From an uncultured Clostridia bacterium (GTDB lineage Bacteria; Bacillota; Clostridia; TANB77; CAG-508), in assembly GCA_947601495.1 (NCBI GenBank), contig CANQGE010000006.1, forward strand, positions 8,190-72,189: a stretch of 64,000 bases of DNA, written 5' to 3'. Below are positions 48,541 to 59,768 of this stretch, piece by piece; the first letter of the stretch is position 1; the number at the start of each line of letters is the position of its first letter. The position numbers and the translations under genes were made by a program. The notes under the pieces are model-generated. The model was not told the DNA's origin and ran no database searches. It saw nothing but the letters and a program-made list of their open reading frames with translations.

Positions 48541-50569
48541 TTTTATCTTAAAAGACTTAGACTGTGCAGATTGTGCAAATAAAATTCAAAATAAATTATC
48601 AGAAAATGAAAACTATAAAAATGTTGTAGTTAATTTTAATACTTTAAAATTAAGCTTTGAGTCTGAACTGAATGATGTAAAACCGGATATCGTAAAAACA
48701 ATATCTGAATTAGAGCCAGAAGTTGAAGTTCTAGATATTGACGAAAAAGTTAAAGAAGGAAAAAATTATAATTTAATTAGACTTATAGTTGGAATTATAG
48801 TTATGGTTTTAGCATTAGTAGTTCCAATGCCTGGATATTTAAATTTAATTTTCACAATACTTGCTTATGTAATTTTGCTTTATAGAACTGCTAAAAATGC
48901 TATAAAGTTATTAAAAAAGAAAACAATAGATGAAAACTTTTTAATTACAGTTTCTTGTATTGGGGCATACTTTATAAACAAACAATCAGAAGGTTTAATG
49001 GTTATATTTTTATATGAGATTGGAAAATTATTAGAAGAAAAAGCTATTAATAATACTAGAAAATCTATTGCAAATTTAATGGATATAAAACCGGAATATG
49101 CTAATTTAAAGCATGAAAATCATGAGCACAAAGTAAAGCCAGAAGAAGTAAATATTGGAGATATAATTGTTGTAAAGCAAGGAGAAAAAATACCATTAGA
49201 TGGTATAGTAACTTTTGGAAATGCATCTTTAAACACAGCTTCTTTAACTGGTGAAAGTGTATTAAGAGAAGTAAAAGAAAATGATAGTGTTATTTCTGGA
49301 AGCATAAATGAAAAAGGTTTAATAGAAATAAAAGTAACAGAAAAATATGAAAATAGTACAGTAAGAAAAATATTGGATTTAGTGGAAAATGCTACAGATA
49401 AAAAGGCAAAAACTGAAACTTTTGTAAACAAAGCATCTAGAATTTATACACCAATAGTAATTGTTCTTGCAATATTAGTTGGAATTTTTTCACCAATACT
49501 TTTCAAAATTCCATTTGAAGAAGGAATATATAGAGCACTAATTTTCTTAGTTGTTTCTTGTCCTTGTGCAATAGTTATATCAGTTCCACTTAGCTATTTT
49601 ACAGGAATTGGTAAAGCATCAAAAAATGGAATATTAATTAAAGGAAGTAACTACCTAGATTCTTTAAAAAATATTAATCAAATTGTTTTTGATAAAACTG
49701 GAACTTTAACTAAAGGCGAATTTGGAGTAGAAAAAATAGAAACATATTCAAATAAATATACAGAAGAACAAATTTTAGAATATTCAGCTTTAGGCGAAGC
49801 AAATTCAAATCATCCAATAGGAATGGCAATTTTAAAGAAATATGGAAAAACAGTAAATAAAGAAAATATAAAAGATTTTGAAGAAGTTTCTGGAAAAGGA
49901 ATAACTTATAAGGTAGAAAATAAAACTATTAAAATAGGAAATTCTGATTTTGTAGAAACCAAAAAAGAAAATGAAATTGGTACAGTTATATATGTAAAAG
50001 TAAACGAAGAAGTTGCAGGATATCTTGTTCTTAATGATATTTTAAAACCAGAATCAAAAGAAGTGATTAAAAAATTAAAAAGTTTAAAAATATTAACCAA
50101 GATGTTCACAGGAGACAATAAAGAAATTGGAACTAAAATAGGAAAAGAACTTGAACTTGACGAAGTAAGAACAGATATGTTGCCACAAGATAAATATAAT
50201 GAATTAGAAAAATTAATTAATCCGAACTCAAAAGGAAAAGTAGCTTTTGTTGGAGATGGAATTAATGATTCACCAGTACTTGCAATTTCAGATGTTGGAA
50301 TTTCAATGGGTGGAATTGGAGCAAGCTCTGCTATTGAAGCTTCTGATGTAGTTATTATGACAGATGATTTAAATAAAATAGAAACAGCAATTGAAATTTC
50401 AAAAAGAACAAATAAAATTATTAAGCAAAATTTGTTATTTGCATTAATTATAAAAGTATTAGTGCTAATATTAAGTACATTTGGAGTATCAGAAATGTGG
50501 GAAGCAGTTTTTGCCGATGTTGGTGTTACACTAATTACAATATTTAATACATTGAGAATTTTAAAATAA
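48527..50569 (+). CDS. cadA: heavy-metal translocating P1B-type ATPase (Cd/Zn/Co type)
   Basis: HMA domain with CADC, CPC in TM6 (SCPCAIVIS), DKTGTLT, GDGINDSP; start uncertain (TTG 48527 chosen; ORF opens at 48482 inside cadC). Confidence 0.88.
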   Translation: MKKYSFILKDLDCADCANKIQNKLSENENYKNVVVNFNTLKLSFESELNDVKPDIVKTISELEPEVEVLDIDEKVKEGKNYNLIRLIVGIIVMVLALVVPMPGYLNLIFTILAYVILLYRTAKNAIKLLKKKTIDENFLITVSCIGAYFINKQSEGLMVIFLYEIGKLLEEKAINNTRKSIANLMDIKPEYANLKHENHEHKVKPEEVNIGDIIVVKQGEKIPLDGIVTFGNASLNTASLTGESVLREVKENDSVISGSINEKGLIEIKVTEKYENSTVRKILDLVENATDKKAKTETFVNKASRIYTPIVIVLAILVGIFSPILFKIPFEEGIYRALIFLVVSCPCAIVISVPLSYFTGIGKASKNGILIKGSNYLDSLKNINQIVFDKTGTLTKGEFGVEKIETYSNKYTEEQILEYSALGEANSNHPIGMAILKKYGKTVNKENIKDFEEVSGKGITYKVENKTIKIGNSDFVETKKENEIGTVIYVKVNEEVAGYLVLNDILKPESKEVIKKLKSLKILTKMFTGDNKEIGTKIGKELELDEVRTDMLPQDKYNELEKLINPNSKGKVAFVGDGINDSPVLAISDVGISMGGIGASSAIEASDVVIMTDDLNKIETAIEISKRTNKIIKQNLLFALIIKVLVLILSTFGVSEMWEAVFADVGVTLITIFNTLRILK

Positions 50570-50628
50570 AAAAAACGTTTAACTATTTTGAAGCTGTAAG
50601 AAAAAGAGTAGACACAAAAATTCTATTT

Positions 50629-50665
50629 AAACCCTAATTGAATTTTATATTCAATTGGGGTTTTA
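50629..50665 (+). terminator. rho-independent terminator after cadA
   Basis: AACCCTAATTGA / TCAATTGGGGTT stem followed by TTTT. Confidence 0.75.
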
Positions 50666-50708
50666 TGATTTATGTCTATTATGTTTGAAATTCTTATAAC
50701 TTGCAATT

Positions 50709-50869
50709 CCTTATAAAGATTAAAATATATTATTATTGAATAACTTGGTGTCGCAATCTTCTTTTTTTTAAATAAAGAAAAAGGAAGATTGCTCCAATCG
50801 CCCTCCGCTTACGCTTCGGTTGGTCGCTTACGCGTTATTCTATAATAATATATTTTAATCTTTATAAGG
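50709..50869 (+). repeat. structured intergenic repeat, copy 3
   Basis: Arms CCTTATAAAGATTAAAATATATTATTATTGAATAA (50709-50743) and reverse complement (50835-50869) with one mismatch; core 50745-50834 is near-identical to copies 1 and 2. Confidence 0.88.
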
Positions 50870-51036
50870 ACTCTATTATAAGAATTGGAAAATATAAGGA
50901 CTATATTATAAGAATAGAAAAATTATAAAATATAAGAATTTTAAAAATAAAACTTCAAATGTTAAAAATGTTGATTTTTTGGGAATTTTAAGGTATAATA
51001 TTAAAGTATTTTAAATTGTGGAAGAGGAAAAAAATT

Positions 51037-52032
51037 ATGGAAAAGAAAATTATATTAAGTGGAATTCAAGCAACTGGCTCACTAACACTTGGAAATTATT
51101 TAGGAGCATTAAATAATTGGGTAGAAATGCAGAACAATTATGACTGCTATTATATGATTGCAGATTTGCATACTCTAACAATTAGAAACAATCCTGAAAC
51201 TTTAAGAGAAAACACATTAAAATTAATTGCACTATATGTTGCTTCTGGATTAGATCCAGATAAAAATACAATTTTTATTCAATCACACATTCCTGCACAC
51301 CCAGCACTTTCATGGATTTTAAATTGCTATACTTATATGGGTGAACTTAATCGTATGACACAATTTAAAGATAAATCTGCAAAACATGCAGATAATATAA
51401 ATAGCGGATTATTTACATATCCAGTATTAATGGCAGCAGATATTTTGGCATATAATGCCGATTTAGTTCCAGTTGGCGAAGACCAAAAGCAGCATTTGGA
51501 AATAACGAGGGATATAGCTGAAAGATTTAATTCACTATATGGAAATACTTTTAAAATTCCTGAACCATACATAAAAAAGACCGGAGCACGAATAATGGGA
51601 CTACAAAATCCAACTGCAAAAATGAGCAAAAGTGCTACAGACCCAATGGATAAAATTTTGCTAACAGATTCACCAGATGAAATTAGAAAGAAATTTAAAA
51701 AAGCAGTTACAGATTCTGAAAATTGTGTTAGATATGATGTAGAAAACAAGCCAGGTGTAAGTAATTTAATGACAATTTATGGAATTATTAAAAATAAATC
51801 TATGGAAGATATAGAAAAAGAATTTGAAGGAAATGGCTATGGAAATTTCAAAACAGCTGTTGCAGAAGCTGTTGTAGAAAGACTAGAACCACTTCAAAAG
51901 AAATATAATGAGCTTTTAGAAAATCCAGATAAATTAAAAGCAATTTATGAAAAAGGAGATAAAAAAGCTAAAGAAAAAACAGATAAACTATTAAAAGAAG
52001 TATATAAAAAAGTTGGTTTAGTTGTAGACTAA
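51037..52032 (+). CDS. trpS: tryptophan--tRNA ligase
   Basis: ILSGIQATGSLTLGNYLG (HIGH-region equivalent), KMSKS; start moved to ATG 51037. Confidence 0.93.
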   Translation: MEKKIILSGIQATGSLTLGNYLGALNNWVEMQNNYDCYYMIADLHTLTIRNNPETLRENTLKLIALYVASGLDPDKNTIFIQSHIPAHPALSWILNCYTYMGELNRMTQFKDKSAKHADNINSGLFTYPVLMAADILAYNADLVPVGEDQKQHLEITRDIAERFNSLYGNTFKIPEPYIKKTGARIMGLQNPTAKMSKSATDPMDKILLTDSPDEIRKKFKKAVTDSENCVRYDVENKPGVSNLMTIYGIIKNKSMEDIEKEFEGNGYGNFKTAVAEAVVERLEPLQKKYNELLENPDKLKAIYEKGDKKAKEKTDKLLKEVYKKVGLVVD

Positions 52033-53334
<1,302 letters not shown>

Positions 53335-53335
53335 A

Positions 53336-54694
53336 ATGAGAGAAATAGTAGAAGATTTATTTAAAATATATGTATCTGCAATAGATAGCAATACTGGTAA
53401 AATTATACAAAACATAAATGAAAAATATACACTTATAGATAAATCTATGATTTCAACATACTTATACTTTAAAATATTAAACAATTTAAAAATTGAAAAT
53501 GAAGATTCAAAAACTGTTTTAATGAACTATTTAGTAAAACAAGTTATTTATGGAGAAACTGGAAATTTAAGCTTAGAAATTTCTGATAATTCCAGAAAAG
53601 AATTATATGATGAAATTATAAATAAATTAATAATAGAGCAATTTGAATATAAAAATAGAATTTTAAAATGCTTGAAATATAATTATGTTCAAATGGATAA
53701 CAACATATATTGTGATTTATTAGAATTTTGTGAAAAAATTGCAGAATACTATATTCTAGATAAGTTTGTTAGAAGAGGCAATCAAGAAGCAAAAGAATTA
53801 ATGGCACAAGAAAAAAACAAATTTAAAATTAATAAAAAGAATTTAAAAAATAAAATTAAAGAAATTTGTAAAGCAAAAAGTGAAACTGAAAATAATGCTG
53901 AAGAAGTTGAAAAAAGTAAAAAAGCTATAGATGAAAATATTGAGAAAATAGAAAAAGAAAAATTAAACTTATTAAATTTAATATTAAAAAATAAATTTAA
54001 AAACACAGAATATTATAATTTAATTCAAGTATCATTAAAATTAAAAGATGTTTATAGATATTCTACTTTAACAAGTGTAGTACCTGAAGATGTGCTTTTT
54101 CACCAATATAGCATGACTTTAGTTAATATGACTTTAGCAGATTATATGATTAAAAATGGTGAAAATATAGATAAATATGAACTAGTTAAGAAGTGCTTAT
54201 TTCACGATTTTAGTGAATATAAAGGAAATGAAATTGTGGCACAAATAAAAGTTTATAGTGATGAAACAAAGAAAATGTTTGCTGAAATAGAAGAAAAAGA
54301 TGAGCAAGAGCTAAAGGATCTTTTAGGAGAAGACTTATACATAATTATTAAAGAATATAAAAAAGGCAAAGAAGGCTACATTGCAGAAATAATAGATAAA
54401 TTTACTGGAATGATGAAACTTTGGGTAGAAGCCGGATATATGAATAATTATACATACATAAAATCAGTTTGCTCTGTTTATCAAGAAAGATTTAAAAAAT
54501 TTAATGATACTTCTAGAATTGATGATTTTAAAGATAAACTATTTTTGCAAAAATTATTAAAAGAAATTTTTATTTATATAAAAGAAAATTTAGTAAATTT
54601 AGATCCAAGAATTTTAACAAGATACTTTACAAGTGCTGAAATAAAGAGCTTTAAGAGGGAATTGAAATCTTTGAAGAAAAAAGAAATAATATAA
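53336..54694 (+). CDS. hypothetical protein with possible HD-domain core
   Basis: LFHQYSM ... CLFHDFSEYKGNE resembles the H...HD...D metal-binding pattern; start uncertain (53306 or 53336, no clear RBS). Confidence 0.45.
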   Translation: MREIVEDLFKIYVSAIDSNTGKIIQNINEKYTLIDKSMISTYLYFKILNNLKIENEDSKTVLMNYLVKQVIYGETGNLSLEISDNSRKELYDEIINKLIIEQFEYKNRILKCLKYNYVQMDNNIYCDLLEFCEKIAEYYILDKFVRRGNQEAKELMAQEKNKFKINKKNLKNKIKEICKAKSETENNAEEVEKSKKAIDENIEKIEKEKLNLLNLILKNKFKNTEYYNLIQVSLKLKDVYRYSTLTSVVPEDVLFHQYSMTLVNMTLADYMIKNGENIDKYELVKKCLFHDFSEYKGNEIVAQIKVYSDETKKMFAEIEEKDEQELKDLLGEDLYIIIKEYKKGKEGYIAEIIDKFTGMMKLWVEAGYMNNYTYIKSVCSVYQERFKKFNDTSRIDDFKDKLFLQKLLKEIFIYIKENLVNLDPRILTRYFTSAEIKSFKRELKSLKKKEII

Positions 54695-54752
54695 AAATAA
54701 AACTTTTGTTTGACAAATCAAATGTTTTGTGATAACATCTCTATAATAAAAA

Positions 54753-54764
54753 GAACGGAAGTTC
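54753..54764 (+). promoter_or_regulatory. LexA (Cheo/SOS) box
   Basis: GAACGGAAGTTC matches the Firmicute GAAC-N4-GTTC core, immediately upstream of lexA and downstream of TATAAT 54742-54747. Confidence 0.75.
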
Positions 54765-54788
54765 TATAAAAAGAAATGGGGTTATGTG

Positions 54789-55445
54789 ATGAGAAAAAAA
54801 GATCCAAATAGTTTAAATAAAAGAGAAAAAGCAATTTTAAAATTTATTGAAAAACAAATTAGCACAAATGGTTATCCACCATCTGTAAGAGAAATTGGAA
54901 AAGCAGTAGATTTAAAATCAACTGCAACTGTTCATGGATATATTTCTTCTTTAGAGAAAAAAGGATATATCAAAAAGGAAAGCCAAAAAGGTAGAACTCT
55001 TAAACTACTAAAAGGCGGGGCTATGGAAGGAGAGCAAATTGCTTTCGATAAACAAGCATATTCTAGTAGAGAAATGGTAGATGTACCAGTAATTGGAAAA
55101 ATTACAGCAGGAGAACCAATTCTAGCTGTTGAAAATGTTACCGATACTTTCCCAATTCCATTAGACTTTGTTGGAACAGGAGAAAGCTTTATGCTTACTG
55201 TTAGAGGAGAAAGTATGATAGAAGCTGGTATTTTAGATGGAGATTACATTCTAGTTAGAAAACAAAATACAGCAAACAATGGAGAAATAGTTGTAGCTTT
55301 AATAGGAGAAGAAGCAACAGTTAAAACTTTTTATAAAGAAAAAGATCACATTAGATTACAACCAGAAAATTCAACAATGGACCCAATAATAGTTCCAACT
55401 TGTGAAATTTTAGGAAAAGTATCAGGAGTATTTAGAAAAATATAA
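54789..55445 (+). CDS. lexA: LexA repressor
   Basis: N-terminal wHTH (GYPPSVREIGKAV), AG cleavage site, GESM catalytic Ser, VKTF Lys; GTG 54786 is an alternative start. Confidence 0.94.
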   Translation: MRKKDPNSLNKREKAILKFIEKQISTNGYPPSVREIGKAVDLKSTATVHGYISSLEKKGYIKKESQKGRTLKLLKGGAMEGEQIAFDKQAYSSREMVDVPVIGKITAGEPILAVENVTDTFPIPLDFVGTGESFMLTVRGESMIEAGILDGDYILVRKQNTANNGEIVVALIGEEATVKTFYKEKDHIRLQPENSTMDPIIVPTCEILGKVSGVFRKI

Positions 55446-55520
55446 ACCAGCAAAATATAATGTGAAGTATAGGTTAGTAAAAATTGAAAATACTAGCAAA
55501 AATATTCAAAAAATAAAATG

Positions 55521-55554
55521 GGCTTTTAAACTTATAAGTTTAAAAGCCTTTTTT
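55521..55554. terminator. bidirectional terminator between lexA and mutS2
   Basis: GGCTTTTAAACTT / AGTTTAAAAGCC stem followed by T-run. Confidence 0.75.
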
Positions 55555-55624
55555 AATAATATATTAAACTTCTATGTTAAATAGTTCACTATTTTAATTT
55601 TTAAAGTCATTCTTAATTTCATAA

Positions 55625-57964
55625 TTATTTTAATTCCACAATAGTAACTCCCATTTCGCCTTCGCCAAAAGTACCAATTCTAAAAGATTTCACGTGTGGG
55701 TGAGTTTTTAAAAATTTATGAATGCCTTCTCTTAAAGCACCAGTACCTTTTCCATGAACAATTCTAACATTTAGTAAGCCAGCTAAATAGCAATTATCTA
55801 AGTATTTATCTATTTCAAAACAAGCTTCATCAACATTTTGACCAATAACATTTATTTCTGGAGAAACCGATTTTACTACAAATTCTTTTCTAGAAGAACT
55901 ATAGCTTTTTTCAACTTTTTTAGTTTTTTTACTATCTATTAGTTCTAAATCTTCTAGATTAAAAAACATTTTTCCAAGACCAAGTTCAACTTGAATTTTG
56001 CCTTCTTTAGAAATTGAAATAATTTTTCCAACTTGATTTATCTTATTTACAAAAACTTCCATTCCAACAGATAAATCAGATAAATTTAAGCTTTTTTGAG
56101 CACTAGATTCTTTGAAATCAACATTTAAATTATTTATTTTATCATTTAATTTTTTTCTTAAATTATTTGATTCTTTATTAGTTGAAGAGTTTTCAATTTC
56201 CTTAATTATTTCATTTGCATCTTCTTTTGCAGAAAGAAGAATATTTCTAGCTTCTTGTTTAGCATTATTTATAATTTCTTTTTGTTCTTCTTTTAAATTT
56301 GAAAAATCAAATTCTAGAGATTTCTTTAAATCTGCAACTTCTTTTGAATTTTTTAAGATTTTTTCTTTTTCATATTCTATTTCTTGCTTATCTTTATAAA
56401 TATTTGTAAGAAGTTCTTCAATGTTTATTTTTTCTGTTGAAATTAATTTTTTTGCATTTTCAATTATTTCTTCAGAAATTCCAAGTTTCTTACTTATAGA
56501 AAATGCATTACTGGTTCCTGGAACACCAAGTAGCAATTTATATGTTGGAGACAAAGTATTTAAATTAAATTCTACACTGGCATTTTCAAAACCATTATTA
56601 ACTAAAGCAAAATGCTTAATTTCTGGATAATGAGTGGTTGAGATAGTTAGACAATCTATAGAATTTAATTTTTGTAAAATACTTATTGCTAAACTTGAAC
56701 CTTCAATAGGATCTGTACCAGAGCCTAACTCATCTAATAAAACTAAACTATTTTCAGTTACATTATTTAAAATAAAAGCAATGTTTGTTATATGTGATGA
56801 AAATGTACTTAATGAATCTAAAATACTTTGCTCATCACCAATATCTGCAAAAATATTATCAAAAGCGAAAATTTTACTTCCTTCATTTGCCGGAATGTGA
56901 AGACCACTAAGAGCCATTAAAGTCAATAATCCAGCTGTTTTTAAAGTAACAGTTTTACCGCCAGTGTTTGGACCAGTAATAATTAAACTGTTATATTCTT
57001 TTCCAATAATAATATCATTTTTTACAGCTAATTTTTTGTCTATTAAAGGATGCCATGCCTGTTTTAAATAAAGCTCTTTTTTATCAGTAATTATTGGCTC
57101 TGTGGCATCTATAGAATTTGAATATTTAGCTTTAGCAAATATGAAATCAATAATTCCAATTAAATTAACGTTGTTTTCAATATTTGGAATTATATTAAAA
57201 AATAAAGATGATAGCTTTTGTAAAATTTTTTCAATTTCAATGTTTTCTTCATTTTTTAAATTATTTAAATCATTATTTAAATCAAAAACAGAAATGGGCT
57301 CAATAAAAACAGTAGAACCACTTGAAGAAATGTCATGAATAAATCCTTTTACTTCAGAGCGATATTCATTTTTAACTGGAATAACAAAACGACCAGAACG
57401 TATTGTTACAACAGGTTCTTGAATATATTTAGAATGTAGAAAAGAATTTAATTTTGAACGTATTTCTTGTTCTTTATTTTTAATATTTCTTCTTATATTA
57501 TTTAATTCTTTTGATGCATTATCTGAAACGGTATTCTCATCTATGATTGCAGAAAAGATAGCTTTTTGAGTTGAAGGATTTATATATAAATTATTAAATA
57601 ATCCTTCTAAATTTACAAATTCAGACATATCAATTTCTGTAGAGAAAAAATAATCTTTTAAATCAGAACATAATTTTAAAATATTTGCTAAGTCTAATAA
57701 TTGCTTTATATTTAAAAATAAATTACTATTTAATTTTTTTATATGTTCTGTAGTATTTTCAATTTCACACATAGGAATAGAGCCTTTTCTATATAAAAGA
57801 ATAGAGGCCTCTGTTGTTTGCTTTTGAGCTTTTACTATTTCATTTATGGAAGATAGAGTTTTAAGATTATTTGAATAATTTTTGCCAATATAAGTAACAG
57901 CAAAGCTTTCTAGTATTTTGCAAATTTTATTAAATTCTAATTTTTCTATATTTTTTAAATTCAT
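55625..57964 (-). CDS. mutS2: endonuclease MutS2 (MutS domain + C-terminal Smr)
   Basis: Walker A GPNTGGKT, DELGSGTDP, C-terminal Smr (VRIVHGKGTGALR); 779 aa. Confidence 0.94.
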   Translation of the reverse strand: MNLKNIEKLEFNKICKILESFAVTYIGKNYSNNLKTLSSINEIVKAQKQTTEASILLYRKGSIPMCEIENTTEHIKKLNSNLFLNIKQLLDLANILKLCSDLKDYFFSTEIDMSEFVNLEGLFNNLYINPSTQKAIFSAIIDENTVSDNASKELNNIRRNIKNKEQEIRSKLNSFLHSKYIQEPVVTIRSGRFVIPVKNEYRSEVKGFIHDISSSGSTVFIEPISVFDLNNDLNNLKNEENIEIEKILQKLSSLFFNIIPNIENNVNLIGIIDFIFAKAKYSNSIDATEPIITDKKELYLKQAWHPLIDKKLAVKNDIIIGKEYNSLIITGPNTGGKTVTLKTAGLLTLMALSGLHIPANEGSKIFAFDNIFADIGDEQSILDSLSTFSSHITNIAFILNNVTENSLVLLDELGSGTDPIEGSSLAISILQKLNSIDCLTISTTHYPEIKHFALVNNGFENASVEFNLNTLSPTYKLLLGVPGTSNAFSISKKLGISEEIIENAKKLISTEKINIEELLTNIYKDKQEIEYEKEKILKNSKEVADLKKSLEFDFSNLKEEQKEIINNAKQEARNILLSAKEDANEIIKEIENSSTNKESNNLRKKLNDKINNLNVDFKESSAQKSLNLSDLSVGMEVFVNKINQVGKIISISKEGKIQVELGLGKMFFNLEDLELIDSKKTKKVEKSYSSSRKEFVVKSVSPEINVIGQNVDEACFEIDKYLDNCYLAGLLNVRIVHGKGTGALREGIHKFLKTHPHVKSFRIGTFGEGEMGVTIVELK

Positions 57965-58035
57965 AATTATTTCCTTTTACAATTGATATTAATATAATAG
58001 CATAAATTAGGCATAAATAAAAGAGAATAAGCCAT

Positions 58036-58081
58036 AAAAAACAAGCGCCGGGGATTTACTTTTTAAGGTAAAGCCCCGGCT
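58036..58081 (-). terminator. terminator of the 97-aa GC-rich ORF
   Basis: GCCGGGG / CCCCGGC stem; on the minus strand followed by GCTTGTTTTTT. Confidence 0.65.
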
Positions 58082-58090
58082 TATCCGGTT

Positions 58091-58384
58091 TTAGCACCAA
58101 ACACTAATTAGGTGGACGATGGAGCATATTCCGGAAATGACGAAGATTAGGATTCCTATGGATGTTATCGGGCAACGTCGGAAAGTTATCTTTTTGTTAT
58201 ACGCCAACACCACATCCGCGCGTTCGGCAAGCGCAAAGGCGATGGTCCAGAAAAAGGACGAGACGGCAACAGACAGCGCCCTGCTTGATTCGGGAAAAGA
58301 AATTATGAAGAAGTATCCCAGAGCAATGCTGAATAAAGTTGCCGCAACATAGCGCAGGAGTTTCTTGCTGATTCTAAGCTTCAT
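58091..58384 (-). CDS. hypothetical small membrane protein, 97 aa, compositionally foreign
   Basis: AGGAGG RBS before ATG 58384; three predicted TM segments; preferred over the antisense ORF 58119-58352, which lacks an RBS. Confidence 0.6.
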   Translation of the reverse strand: MKLRISKKLLRYVAATLFSIALGYFFIISFPESSRALSVAVSSFFWTIAFALAERADVVLAYNKKITFRRCPITSIGILIFVISGICSIVHLISVWC

Positions 58385-58665
58385 GTAAAACGCCTCCTAT
58401 TGTTCGCACATTGCATATGCCATAAAATTAGGAACTAAACCATGTCAACCAACCCCCTCAAATTATTGATATCTATATAAAATAGAGCACATAGCTCTTT
58501 ATAGTATAGTGGAATGGATTTTTTTCTAAACAGGTTACCTTTTGGTATTTTAACACCAAAAGAGTAAAAAGTCAATTTATGTAAACATTTTAAAATTAAA
58601 TATTGGAAAAAATTAAAAATAATGGTAAAAGAAAAAATTAAAAAAAGCGAGTCATATATGAAAAA

Positions 58666-58694
58666 TTGATTTATAAGCTTTTTTTTGATATAAT
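58666..58694 (+). promoter_or_regulatory. promoter TTGATT-17-TATAAT (TG-extended)
   Basis: TTGATT 58666-58671, TGATATAAT 58686-58694; hairpin AACAGAAC/GTTCTGTT follows in the 5' UTR (58719-58746). Confidence 0.55.
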
Positions 58695-58783
58695 ATATAT
58701 AACCACTGGTTGGAGGTAACAGAACAAAAATTGGAGTTCTGTTAGAATTAGGCTATCGACGACGGAAGAAAGGAAGATGAAGA

Positions 58784-59593
58784 ATGGCCAAGATTTGTCG
58801 GGTTAGCAACTGGAACTACATCATGGAGAATGGAGGAACTTGCAGGAAGTGCCCCAACTGGAAGAACTGCCCCAGCTGGAAACGACGGATAAGGAATCAG
58901 CAGGCTCAGAAAGCCACAATGAGGGCACTCGCCGTGATTTTCGTCATCTTGGTTGTGGTTCTCGGACTGCTGCTGGGATTGGCGATTAAGACGGTTGCCT
59001 CGCACATCTTTGCGCCCGAGCCTCACGTGCTCATGCCCCAAGCGGATTTCAGACCCGCTGTCACCCAGGCTCCGCAGATACGCGAATTCAGGACGCAGGA
59101 GGAACAGGAAATCTGGGAGATGGTTGAGGAACTCATGCCAATTCCGTCTCTTAGTCCGGAAGGACCGAGTGAAGCTTACTACTATCGACTGGACGCTGAC
59201 GAAAAGATGTGGATAGCAAAGTTGGTCTTTGTTGAGGCAAAAGATCTCACGTTCGAGGAGAAGGTGGCAGTTGCCAGCGTGGTGATAAATCGCTACTTCT
59301 ATGCGGACGAGCGATTCAACAGAGAGTCAGTAAGGTCTGTTGTTATTCAGCCAGGACAGTTCAAGAGTGTAGCAAACGTTACCACGGACGACGTAAATTC
59401 TGTACCAGACTGCATGAGGGCTGTTCAAACGGCGTGCAAGGGATGGGATCCTACTAGGAGAAAATTCCCGAATGGTGCGAAGTTTTTCTTCTTCGACGCT
59501 GTTATCGATTGCGTCGACGCTGCAAAACTTCAGAATGCGAACTACTACTCACTGGGAAGACTGCACTTTTCTGAAGACCCAATCGACTACTAA
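58784..59593 (+). CDS. membrane-anchored SleB/CwlJ-family cell wall hydrolase (Hydrolase_2) with Cys-rich N-terminus
   Basis: WIAKLVFVEAKDLTFEEKVAVASVVINR, VVIQPGQFKSV, GWDP aligns with B. subtilis SleB catalytic-domain motifs. N-terminal CRVS..CRKCPNWKNCPSW followed by TM helix ALAVIFVILVVVLGLLLGLAI. Confidence 0.8.
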   Translation: MAKICRVSNWNYIMENGGTCRKCPNWKNCPSWKRRIRNQQAQKATMRALAVIFVILVVVLGLLLGLAIKTVASHIFAPEPHVLMPQADFRPAVTQAPQIREFRTQEEQEIWEMVEELMPIPSLSPEGPSEAYYYRLDADEKMWIAKLVFVEAKDLTFEEKVAVASVVINRYFYADERFNRESVRSVVIQPGQFKSVANVTTDDVNSVPDCMRAVQTACKGWDPTRRKFPNGAKFFFFDAVIDCVDAAKLQNANYYSLGRLHFSEDPIDY

Positions 59594-59656
59594 TTCTAAA
59601 GCAAGCGACGGAGCAGGGCGAATACCCAGCACCGTCGCTTACTGCGTTTATAAAAT

Positions 59657-59685
59657 TTTACAAGTTAACGTAAACGTGATATAAT
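59657..59685 (+). promoter_or_regulatory. promoter TTTACA-17-TATAAT (TG-extended)
   Basis: TTTACA 59657-59662, TGATATAAT 59677-59685; preceded by hairpin AGCGACGG/CCGTCGCT 59604-59639. Confidence 0.55.
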
Positions 59686-59768
59686 ATATACGTAGCCTGT
59701 TTAATGGTCTCCATGTTGGCTTTCACTTCAAGTGATTGCAACAAATAATTTTAAGGAGGGTTGTGACC

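Noticed and set aside
50890-51036. T-box leaders upstream of trpS and alaS (9046-9209)
   Set aside because: There is no GGGTGGTACCGCG-like T-box sequence and no long leader; simple promoters lie close to the start codons.
58119-58352. 77-aa plus-strand ORF antisense to the 97-aa membrane protein
   Set aside because: It has no Shine-Dalgarno and no hydrophobic or domain features. The opposite strand has AGGAGG and three TM segments. It remains a formal alternative.
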